Source: a virus
Taxonomy: Duplodnaviria; Heunggongvirae; Uroviricota; Caudoviricetes
DNA length: 5,061 nucleotides
Virus record (IMG/VR): IMGVR_UViG_2585427729_000001
Location: 1 to 5,061 of that record
Direction: 5' to 3' (one strand)
Shown here one piece after another: positions 1 to 5,061 of this stretch. A model generated the notes under the pieces. It searched no databases. It was not told where the DNA came from and worked only from the letters and a program-made list of their open reading frames with translations. Both the position numbers and the translations under genes were made by a program. Positions within the stretch are counted from its first letter, which is position 1; the number at the start of each line of letters is the position of its first letter.

Positions 1-40
1 TGTCAAGTTTCCCCAAAGTTATTCAAAAAGTCAATATTAT
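1..40 (-). promoter_or_regulatory. Late promoter pR' (-35 and -10 hexamers) with the start of the Q-utilisation (qut) region; transcript start lies at or beyond the window edge
   Basis: Read on the minus strand just downstream of the Q stop: TTGACT (plus 29..34), a 17-nt spacer TTTTGAATAACTTTGGG, then GAAACT (plus 6..11). The layout matches my recollection of lambda pR' (TTGACT, 17 nt, TAAATT), with a weaker -10 here. The position immediately 3' of Q is where pR'/qut lies in lambdoid phages. Confidence 0.6.
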
Positions 41-76
41 GCCGTTAATATGTTGCCATCCGTGGCAATCATGGCG

Positions 77-700
77 CTAACGTGTGATCGCATTCAAAAT
101 GTTGTCTGCGATTGACTCTTCCTTGTGGCATTGCACAACCAGAGCGTCATACAGCGGCTTAACAGTGCGTGACCAGGTGGGTTGGGTAAGGTTTGGGATT
201 AGCATCGTCACAGCGCGATATGCGGCGCTTGCTGGCATTCTTGAATAACCGACGCCTTTACATCTTCCGCACTCTTTCTCAGCAACTATCCCCCACTGCT
301 CTGTTTTGGCTATATCAACCGCACGGCCTGTACCGTGGCAATCTCTGCATCTTGCGCCCGGCGTCGCGGCACTACGGCAATAATCCGCATAAGCGAATGT
401 TGCGAGCACTTGCAGTACCTTTGCCTTAGTATTTCCTTCAAGCTTTGCCACGCCACGGTATTTCCCCGATACCTTGTGTGCAAATTGCATCAGATAGTTG
501 ATAGCCTTTTGTTTGTCGTTCTGGCTGAGTTCGTGCTTACCGCAGAATGCAGCCATTCCGAATCCGGCTTGTGATTGCGCCATCCCCATAGCAGCCATCA
601 CATCAGTACCGGAAAGAGAGTCAGAAGCCGTGGCCCGTGGTGAGTCGCTCATCATCGGGCTTTTTGGCGAATGAAATTTAGCTACGCTTTCGAGTCTCAT
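77..700 (-). CDS. Q: Late-gene antitermination protein Q, lambda-type, 207 aa
   Basis: The track ORF 77..733 has an N-terminal extension; the likely true start is the ATG at 700 (MRLESVAKFHSPKSP...), preceded by GAGGGGAAG. The protein matches lambda Q nearly residue for residue as I recall it, including the Cys cluster CRDCHGTG...CGRCKGVG (zinc finger). The stop lies directly upstream of the pR'-like promoter. Confidence 0.93.
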   Translation of the reverse strand: MRLESVAKFHSPKSPMMSDSPRATASDSLSGTDVMAAMGMAQSQAGFGMAAFCGKHELSQNDKQKAINYLMQFAHKVSGKYRGVAKLEGNTKAKVLQVLATFAYADYCRSAATPGARCRDCHGTGRAVDIAKTEQWGIVAEKECGRCKGVGYSRMPASAAYRAVTMLIPNLTQPTWSRTVKPLYDALVVQCHKEESIADNILNAITR

Positions 701-711
701 CGTCTTCCCCT

Positions 712-846
712 CTATCCTTTGCAATGACACCACACTTCAAACATTCGTTTCACAACCTCACGACAGTAGAAGCCGTAAGCATCGCGGGTAAGATCGTAGC
801 GATTGCCATAACGCTGGCGCATATATCGTTCGAATGCTTTGTTCAT
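712..846 (-). CDS. Small hypothetical protein, 44 aa, YlcG-like by position (between rusA and Q); not in the supplied ORF track
   Basis: Hand translation of the minus strand from ATG at 846..844 gives MNKAFERYMRQRYGNRYDLTRDAYGFYCREVVKRMFEVWCHCKG, ending at TAG 714..712. The start overlaps the rusA stop as ATGA, GGAGAA lies a few nt upstream, and the stop is 11 nt before the Q start. Basic, with a C-x12-C-x-C cluster. The position matches the small ylcG ORF between rusA and Q in DLP12-type prophages. Confidence 0.6.
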   Translation of the reverse strand: MNKAFERYMRQRYGNRYDLTRDAYGFYCREVVKRMFEVWCHCKG

Positions 847-1205
847 GTGTTCTCCAGTTCGGTGATTTTTATTCCAAGCCTTCCGCCTGGTACTTTCACA
901 CCACGAATTACGCGAATGTCATCGAATTGCTCGTCGTCTTCCGCAAATCCGGCGTGGATAAGGGAGTCGAGTAAACCTTTCAGGATGTTGTCGAGGTCGC
1001 GGCGGCGGGAGTCTGGAACGTCTGCGATGACTTTGATACGGAGTCGTGATTTGGTGAAAATGTCTAACTTGAGTTGGCGAATGATTTGCTGAACGTCTTT
1101 TCGGTATTTCTGGCCTTTATCGCTGATGTAGTATTGGCCTCCCCGTCTTCGCCAGTAGGTATTCACCGACGGCGGGTATGGAAGCACAAACTGATATTCG
1201 TTCAT
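843..1205 (-). CDS. rusA: RusA-family Holliday junction resolvase (crossover junction endodeoxyribonuclease), 120 aa
   Basis: Protein MNEYQFVLPYPPSVNTYWRRRGG...DVPDSRRRDLDNILKGLLD...GGRLGIKITELENT shares the hallmark RusA motifs with E. coli RusA as recalled (LP-PPS-N-Y-R, PD-RRRDLDN acidic catalytic region, GGRL...ITE) and the same 120-aa length. The start overlaps the ybcO-like stop as ATGA; GGAGGGG lies upstream. Confidence 0.92.
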   Translation of the reverse strand: MNEYQFVLPYPPSVNTYWRRRGGQYYISDKGQKYRKDVQQIIRQLKLDIFTKSRLRIKVIADVPDSRRRDLDNILKGLLDSLIHAGFAEDDEQFDDIRVIRGVKVPGGRLGIKITELENT

Positions 1206-1492
1206 GGCTTAATCTTCCCCTCCTTCAGCAGTATCGCCTGCGTCCTGATCACGCCTTCGAGGTGGTAAAGTCTGGCGTCTTTGTTGTCGAGGTTATGGGT
1301 GCGTCGGTCGATTTCATCGTGACACGCGCTACAAGCCCATGCGCCGATCAGGTCGTCAGGCTTCATTCCCGTTCCGCAAATTCCAGCCATCCGGTAATGT
1401 GCCAGAACTGTAGTTTCAGGGTTGCCATTGCATACGCCGTAAATACGTACCTGGCATTCTCTGCCGCGAGCTTCTTTGCGTAGGTTAGCCAT
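1202..1492 (-). CDS. ybcO: YbcO-like DUF1364-family protein, putative Zn-binding nuclease, 96 aa
   Basis: Protein MANLRKEARGRECQVRIYGVCNGNPETTVLAH...CSACHDEIDRR... has the same length and Cys/His pattern as the DLP12 prophage YbcO that sits immediately upstream of rusA. RBS GGGGAGG lies about 8 nt upstream; TAATG overlap with the preceding gene. Confidence 0.85.
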   Translation of the reverse strand: MANLRKEARGRECQVRIYGVCNGNPETTVLAHYRMAGICGTGMKPDDLIGAWACSACHDEIDRRTHNLDNKDARLYHLEGVIRTQAILLKEGKIKP

Positions 1493-2214
1493 TAAGCAGC
1501 CTCCCCTGTTACTTTCAGCATTCCGTTATCGAGCAGCTTTCTGGTCAGCCACTGTTGACCACACCCGGTGATTTTTGTGGTGAACGATATCTGTATTCCG
1601 TGATTTGTGTTGACCGCTGTTTCTTTCACTGTGAAATAGCCGCGATCCATATATTCCTGCATTGGCACATTGCGCCGGGAACCTGAAGCAATAAGGATTT
1701 TGTGATCGCGCATCCACGCAAACAGTTTGTTTGGACCAATTCCAACAACCTTTGCAAAGTTTCCAATCAAAATTCCGCTGGCCTCGCCAACGCGATCGGC
1801 AAACTCAACTTTAGGTGCGGCAATTGCTAGCTGGTTTTCCAGTTGCATTTTCTGCTCAGCAAGGTCAGCAGCAAGGCGCAACGCTTCTGGTAGCGTTTTT
1901 GGGATATTAACCGCAGCTTCTTCAAGCTCTCGCCAACGGTCAACAAGGCGAGCCGTGAATTCCGGCGACAACTGGGCTACAACGACAATACTGTCTCGCT
2001 TTCCTTGTTCGCCTTCGAATACATACACACAAAAACTTTGATTTAAGCCTAACCCATTGATTCTTCCACAATCCTCAATTTGAGGAAGCCGGATAACACC
2101 ATTTTTAGCCAGCGTTTCGATGGTACGTTTCACATTGTCATGACGCTTACCAACCAACTCAGCGATTTCAATGCTTGTCATTTTTATGGCATTGCCATTT
2201 ATTAACTCATTCAT
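1492..2214 (-). CDS. Phage regulatory protein of the Rha/antirepressor family (N-terminal Rha-like DNA-binding domain plus C-terminal KilA-C/Ant-like domain); Roi-like, 240 aa
   Basis: The N-terminus MNELINGNAIKMTSIEIAELVGKRHDNVKRTIETL is the characteristic Rha-domain signature. The C-terminal half (...FADRVGEASGILIGNFAKVVGIGPNKLFAWMRDHKIL...) resembles antirepressor KilA-C domains. RBS GAGGAAG precedes the ATG; the start overlaps the upstream small ORF by 8 nt. Confidence 0.85.
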   Translation of the reverse strand: MNELINGNAIKMTSIEIAELVGKRHDNVKRTIETLAKNGVIRLPQIEDCGRINGLGLNQSFCVYVFEGEQGKRDSIVVVAQLSPEFTARLVDRWRELEEAAVNIPKTLPEALRLAADLAEQKMQLENQLAIAAPKVEFADRVGEASGILIGNFAKVVGIGPNKLFAWMRDHKILIASGSRRNVPMQEYMDRGYFTVKETAVNTNHGIQISFTTKITGCGQQWLTRKLLDNGMLKVTGEAA

Positions 2215-2383
2215 CGTCTTCTTCCTCGTACATTGAGCTATTCGGATCGCTCATCAGCTCTGCGCAGCAATCGGAGCACACGTGAACTTCCAGCACATGC
2301 AGCTTCTGACCGCAGTTAGCGCACGTTAAAGCTCGCTCGACGCTTTCTTTCTGGTATTGAAGGGTTTGGGATGGGCTAAGCAT
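2207..2383 (-). CDS. ninF: NinF-like small Cys-rich protein, 58 aa; not in the supplied ORF track
   Basis: Hand translation from ATG 2383..2381 gives [58 protein letters not shown], ending at TGA 2209..2207. It has a CxxC...CxxCC putative zinc-binding motif and an acidic tail. GGAGA lies upstream. Size and position (after ninE/ninX, as in the P22 order ninE-ninX-ninF) fit NinF; I also recall lambda NinF as very similar. Confidence 0.7.
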   Translation of the reverse strand: MLSPSQTLQYQKESVERALTCANCGQKLHVLEVHVCSDCCAELMSDPNSSMYEEEDDE

Positions 2384-2733
2384 TATTGGATTCTCCGCAT
2401 CATGAGAAAGACAATCATGGCGGCACGGAGTGGATTGTCATATGCGACACCAACATTCGGTCCGGCATCATCAAACAAGTCCCTTGCGTTGTCTGTGGCG
2501 CACGGCATTGAGGGATTGTCTAAAATTATGCTGATGTTGTTTTCAGTGATAATCGGCCATGCGTCTGCTGGGTTATTGCAGTAGTCGTACCATCGATAAT
2601 TGCCATTTGCTTCATTGCCAACAGACCGTCCATCTGCGTTGTGCGGATAACCTAATGGTTTTGCCCCAACTATCGCTTTAAATACTCGCTTGTTAATTTC
2701 AAAATCACTTAACTGTGAATAATCCATTGTCAT
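2383..2733 (-). CDS. Hypothetical phage protein, about 116 aa, NinX-like by synteny; function unknown
   Basis: ORF in the track as 2383..2769. The probable start is ATG 2733 (ATGA overlap with the ninE stop) or ATG 2727 (better spacing from GAGG). Protein [60 protein letters not shown]... has no motif I can assign to a known enzymatic function. It sits between ninE and the NinF-like gene, where P22-type phages carry ninX. Confidence 0.75.
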   Translation of the reverse strand: MTMDYSQLSDFEINKRVFKAIVGAKPLGYPHNADGRSVGNEANGNYRWYDYCNNPADAWPIITENNISIILDNPSMPCATDNARDLFDDAGPNVGVAYDNPLRAAMIVFLMMRRIQ

Positions 2734-2906
2734 TTCCTCGCACGATGTCTTAGCCACCGGATATCCCACAGGTGAGCCGTGTAATTGAAGGTTTTTACGT
2801 CAGATTCTTTTGGGATTGGCTTGCGTTTATTTCTGGAGCGTTTCGTTGGAAGGTATTTGCAGTTTTCGCAGATGATGTCGGTGATACTTCGTCGTTGTCG
2901 CCTCAT
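2730..2906 (-). CDS. ninE: NinE, 58 aa, function unknown
   Basis: The track ORF 2730..2996 is over-extended. The true start is likely ATG 2906 ([58 protein letters not shown]), with AGGAGGG 5 nt upstream and an ATGA overlap with the methyltransferase stop. The sequence closely matches lambda NinE as recalled. Confidence 0.85.
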   Translation of the reverse strand: MRRQRRSITDIICENCKYLPTKRSRNKRKPIPKESDVKTFNYTAHLWDIRWLRHRARK

Positions 2907-3430
2907 GCCGCCCTCCTGACGCCCTGCCCGATCGCCATCAATGCCGCTTTGGATACGGTAGTAAACATCCGTCGAGGACTGATGAACGGTCGCCAAATCA
3001 GCAGCATGGAGCCTTTGCTGTTTCCCTTCTTCTCCAGCCCTGTCGATGGTTCGATAAAATTAATCCGTCCATCAGTGATAATGCGAACTTCGTCGACACT
3101 CTCCAGAGCCTTGCTGAACCATCCGACAGACATATCCTCTGGCACAAGCATCACTACCGTCTGTCGTTGTTGTATGCACTGCTCAGCGGCTTTTTCCACC
3201 CACGGCCTGATATTGCTGTACGGTGGGTTATTCCAGATTGCACCGTGGCTTATCCACTCAGAATTTAGCGCGTCGTCAGCCTCAGTTAGCCAGTGAGCGC
3301 ACAGAGCATTTTTGTCGCTCGCTGCCGAATCCAGCCAGAATCCAAACTCAATATCCAGTGCATCAAAAAGCCAGAGCGGCGTTTGCCAGCAGTCCTTGTC
3401 GTGTGATGGCGTATTTGATTTGATAGTCAT
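2903..3430 (-). CDS. dam: Phage Dam-family DNA N6-adenine methyltransferase, small orphan methyltransferase of about 175 aa
   Basis: Track ORF 2903..3490; the probable start is ATG 3430 ([26 protein letters not shown]...), overlapping the ninB stop as ATGA. It contains the NPPY catalytic motif (IWNNPPYSN) and the N-terminal D-x-W-x-TP signature typical of the phage Dam family. No restriction endonuclease gene is adjacent. Confidence 0.88.
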   Translation of the reverse strand: MTIKSNTPSHDKDCWQTPLWLFDALDIEFGFWLDSAASDKNALCAHWLTEADDALNSEWISHGAIWNNPPYSNIRPWVEKAAEQCIQQRQTVVMLVPEDMSVGWFSKALESVDEVRIITDGRINFIEPSTGLEKKGNSKGSMLLIWRPFISPRRMFTTVSKAALMAIGQGVRRAA

Positions 3431-3867
3431 GCAGCCCGATCTCCCCATCGCGCTTTCCATTCGAGAGCCAGTCGCGCTTCGTCTGACCACTTAACGCCAC
3501 GCTCTGTACCGAATGCCTGTATAAGCTCTAATAGCTCCGCAAATTCGCTTACACGCATCCTGCTGGTTGACTGGCCTATTACCACAAAGCCATTCCCGGC
3601 AAGGTTAGGAACAACGTCCTGCTGCTTTAATGCTGCTGTAAAAACGCACTTCCAGCTTTCTGCATCCAGCCAGCGACCATGCCATTCAACCTGACGAGAG
3701 ACGTCACCAAGGCAAGCCCAAAGCTTTCGATTCTGGTCTAAGCTGCGGTTGCGTTCCTGAATGGTTACTACGATTGGTTTGGTTGGGTCTGGAAGAATTT
3801 GCTGTACCGCGTGAATAGCGTTTTGCTGATGTGCTGGAGATCGAATTTCAAAGGTTAGTTTTTTCAT
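3427..3867 (-). CDS. ninB: NinB (lambda Orf), recombination mediator, 146 aa
   Basis: The track ORF 3427..3885 starts at a TTG. The real start is probably ATG 3867 (MKKLTFEIRSPAHQQNAIHAVQQILPDPTKP...), with GGAGAGGGAAG upstream. It matches lambda NinB/Orf as recalled. Confidence 0.9.
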   Translation of the reverse strand: MKKLTFEIRSPAHQQNAIHAVQQILPDPTKPIVVTIQERNRSLDQNRKLWACLGDVSRQVEWHGRWLDAESWKCVFTAALKQQDVVPNLAGNGFVVIGQSTSRMRVSEFAELLELIQAFGTERGVKWSDEARLALEWKARWGDRAA

Positions 3868-3884
3868 GACTTCCCTCTCCCCCA

Positions 3885-3916
3885 AATAAAAAGGCCTGCG
3901 ATTACCAGCAGGCCTG
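3885..3916 (-). terminator. Intrinsic (rho-independent) terminator between ren and ninB, lambda tR2-like
   Basis: The minus-strand RNA would read ...CAGGCCUGC-ugguaauc-GCAGGCCUG followed by UUUUUAUUUGGGGG. The stem is plus 3892..3899 paired with 3908..3915, with an 8-nt loop and a U-tract 3' on the minus-sense transcript. It lies in the only sizeable intergenic gap (3868..3940). On the plus strand no T-tract follows, so it is unidirectional. Confidence 0.75.
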
Positions 3917-3940
3917 TTATTAGCTCAGTGATGTAGATGG

Positions 3941-4231
3941 TCATCTTTTAACTCCATATACCGCCAATACCCGTTTCATCGCGGCACTCTGGCGACACTC
4001 CTTAAAAATCAGGTTCGTGCTCACCTTTCCTTCCCGTTCTTCTCTGGTAGCGAACCGGTAATACACCGTTCGCCAGACCTTACCTTCGATAACCAGAAGA
4101 CCTGCCCGTGCCATTTTAGCCGCGGCCTGATTTATGCTGGTTACTGTTGCGCCTGTTAGCGCGGAAACGTCCTGTGCACAGAAGCTCTTATGCGTTCCGA
4201 GGTAATGAATAATTGCCTCTTTGCCCGTCAT
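3941..4231 (-). CDS. ren: Ren protein, 96 aa
   Basis: Protein MTGKEAIIHYLGTHKSFCAQDVSALTGATVTSINQAAAKMARAGLLVIEGKVWRTVYYRFATREEREGK... matches lambda Ren as recalled in length and sequence. ATGA overlap with the P stop. Confidence 0.9.
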   Translation of the reverse strand: MTGKEAIIHYLGTHKSFCAQDVSALTGATVTSINQAAAKMARAGLLVIEGKVWRTVYYRFATREEREGKVSTNLIFKECRQSAAMKRVLAVYGVKR

Positions 4232-4929
4232 ACACTTGCTCCTTTCAGTCCGAACTTAGCTTTAATTTCTGCGATCTTCGCCAGAGCCTGTGCTCGATTT
4301 AGAGGTCTGCCGCCCATGACAGGAAGTTGTTTTACTGGTTCAGGTATAGTCTCACCACAGTTAATTCGCGCTGTCATACAGGTCAGCTCATCGGCAGCCT
4401 TACGCCGTAATTCCGCGTCAGTCAGCGCATTGGCCCGCATGTTCTGGTACAGGTTGGTAACCAGCCAGTAGTGCGCGTTTGATTTCCACGGATAAGACTC
4501 TGCATCTGGATACAGGCCACGCTTCCGGCAATACTCGTAAACCATATCAACCAGCTCGCTGGCGTTTGGCAGTCCGGCAATAACAGATGCTTCTTCACGA
4601 CACCAGGCAACAAACTGCCCGGGTGATGGCAGGAATGGTCGATTCTGCCGACGGGCTACGCGCATTCCTGCGTTAACCTGTTCCATCGTGGTGATCCCGT
4701 TTTCCCGGAAAGCCAGAACCCACTGGCGGCGGATTTCGTTCAGTTCGTTCTGGTCACGGTTAGCCAGGCTCGCCGGGAAAGTTGCCAGTAACTGGCTGAA
4801 CACACCGTTGATGATCTGCGCTACCTGCTGTACCTGCGGCTTTTCGTCGTACTGTTCCGGCATGTTGTTGGCGATCCGACGCATCTGCTCACGGTCAAAG
4901 TTAACCATCTGTGCGGCGATGTTTTTCAT
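4228..4929 (-). CDS. P: Replication protein P (helicase loader), 233 aa
   Basis: Protein MKNIAAQMVNFDREQMRRIANNMPEQYDEKPQVQQVAQIINGVF... matches lambda P as recalled, full length 233 aa. The start overlaps the O stop as ATGA. Confidence 0.93.
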   Translation of the reverse strand: MKNIAAQMVNFDREQMRRIANNMPEQYDEKPQVQQVAQIINGVFSQLLATFPASLANRDQNELNEIRRQWVLAFRENGITTMEQVNAGMRVARRQNRPFLPSPGQFVAWCREEASVIAGLPNASELVDMVYEYCRKRGLYPDAESYPWKSNAHYWLVTNLYQNMRANALTDAELRRKAADELTCMTARINCGETIPEPVKQLPVMGGRPLNRAQALAKIAEIKAKFGLKGASV

Positions 4930-5061
4930 AAATCCACCCCGTAAATCCAGTCTGTGTTTGTCAAGTCGAGTTTTGGTTTGCTGGCTGTCACGACTGCCTG
5001 TTGCTTGTTACGGTTGATTTCGAGCTGGGTCCACTTGTCGCGGAGTTTGGCCGGGCTCAGC
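4926..5061 (-). CDS. O: Replication initiator O, C-terminal fragment only (5' end lies beyond the window)
   Basis: The minus-strand frame ending at TGA 4928..4926 translates as ...LSPAKLRDKWTQLEINRNKQQAVVTASKPKLDLTNTDWIYGVDL, matching the C-terminus of lambda O as recalled (the P-interacting domain). It runs off the right edge of the window. Confidence 0.85.
   Translation of the reverse strand, partial: LSPAKLRDKWTQLEINRNKQQAVVTASKPKLDLTNTDWIYGVDL

Noticed and set aside
193-574. Plus-strand ORFs 193..429 and 335..574 (78-79 aa)
   Set aside because: They lie antisense inside the Q gene, whose protein matches lambda Q across its full length. No RBS and no recognisable motifs. Typical shadow ORFs.
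724-1483. Plus-strand ORFs 724..1092, 1074..1268 and 1178..1483
   Set aside because: They are antisense to the ylcG-like, rusA and ybcO-like genes. Their translations are low-complexity (Ser/Arg-rich) with no motifs, while the minus-strand genes have strong family signatures.
1526-2041. Minus-strand ORF 1526..1717 and plus-strand ORF 1727..2041
   Set aside because: Both are nested within the Rha/KilAC regulator gene, in an alternate frame or antisense. The products are Ser/Ala/Arg-rich and lack motifs.
2357-2584. Plus-strand ORF 2357..2584 (75 aa)
   Set aside because: It is antisense to the NinX-like gene and the NinF-like start. It runs against the operon's direction of transcription, and I saw no family motif or RBS.
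2383-3430. Possibility that the methyltransferase and the adjacent unknown ORF form a restriction-modification pair
   Set aside because: The unknown ORF is only about 116 aa and shows no endonuclease motifs I can recognise (no PD-(D/E)xK or HNH pattern). Phage Dam-family methyltransferases are typically orphan. Kept as an unknown, not called as an R-M system.
2772-3494. Plus-strand ORFs 2772..3296 (174 aa), 3223..3423 and 3312..3494
   Set aside because: They are antisense to the Dam-family methyltransferase and ninE. The 174-aa ORF is long, but the opposite strand carries the NPPY methyltransferase signature. No RBS or recognisable domain.
700-3885. Longer N-terminal extensions in the ORF track for Q (to 733), ninB (to 3885, TTG start), dam (to 3490), ninE (to 2996) and the NinX-like gene (to 2769, GTG start)
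   Set aside because: The extensions overlap the upstream gene by 30-90 nt and lack RBS support. Internal ATGs give lambda-length proteins with proper Shine-Dalgarno sequences or ATGA coupling.
4190-5017. Plus-strand ORFs 4190..4471 and 4688..5017, and minus-strand ORF 4422..4613
   Set aside because: They are antisense to, or out of frame within, the P gene, which matches lambda P across 233 aa. The translations are Cys/Ser/Arg-rich without motifs.
1-5061. Search for a CRISPR array, tRNA/tmRNA, IS element or integrase/attachment site
   Set aside because: I saw no direct-repeat/spacer periodicity, no cloverleaf-like tRNA candidate in the short intergenic spaces, and no transposase or integrase ORF or terminal inverted repeats. 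The window is wholly internal to the phage early region.

Overview
This window is a reverse-oriented slice of a lambdoid (lambda-like) prophage or phage: the 3' end of replication gene O, then P, ren, a tR2-like terminator, the nin region, antiterminator Q, and the start of the late promoter pR' at the window's left edge. Every credible gene is on the minus strand, so transcription runs from coordinate 5061 down to 1. By recall, not alignment, O, P, Ren, NinB, NinE, the NinF-like ORF and Q closely match phage lambda proteins. The interior of the nin region is mosaic: a small Dam-family N6-adenine methyltransferase sits where lambda has ninC/ninD, followed by a NinX-like protein of unknown function, a Rha/KilAC (Roi-like) regulator, and a YbcO-RusA-YlcG-like module where lambda has ninG/ninH/ninI. 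Two short genes (58 aa and 44 aa) are absent from the supplied ORF track and were found by hand translation. Genes are tightly packed, with ATGA or TAATG stop/start overlaps at most junctions. I see no CRISPR array, tRNA, IS element or obviously novel multi-gene system. The most interesting items are the orphan methyltransferase, the unknown NinX-like protein, and the small Cys-rich proteins.
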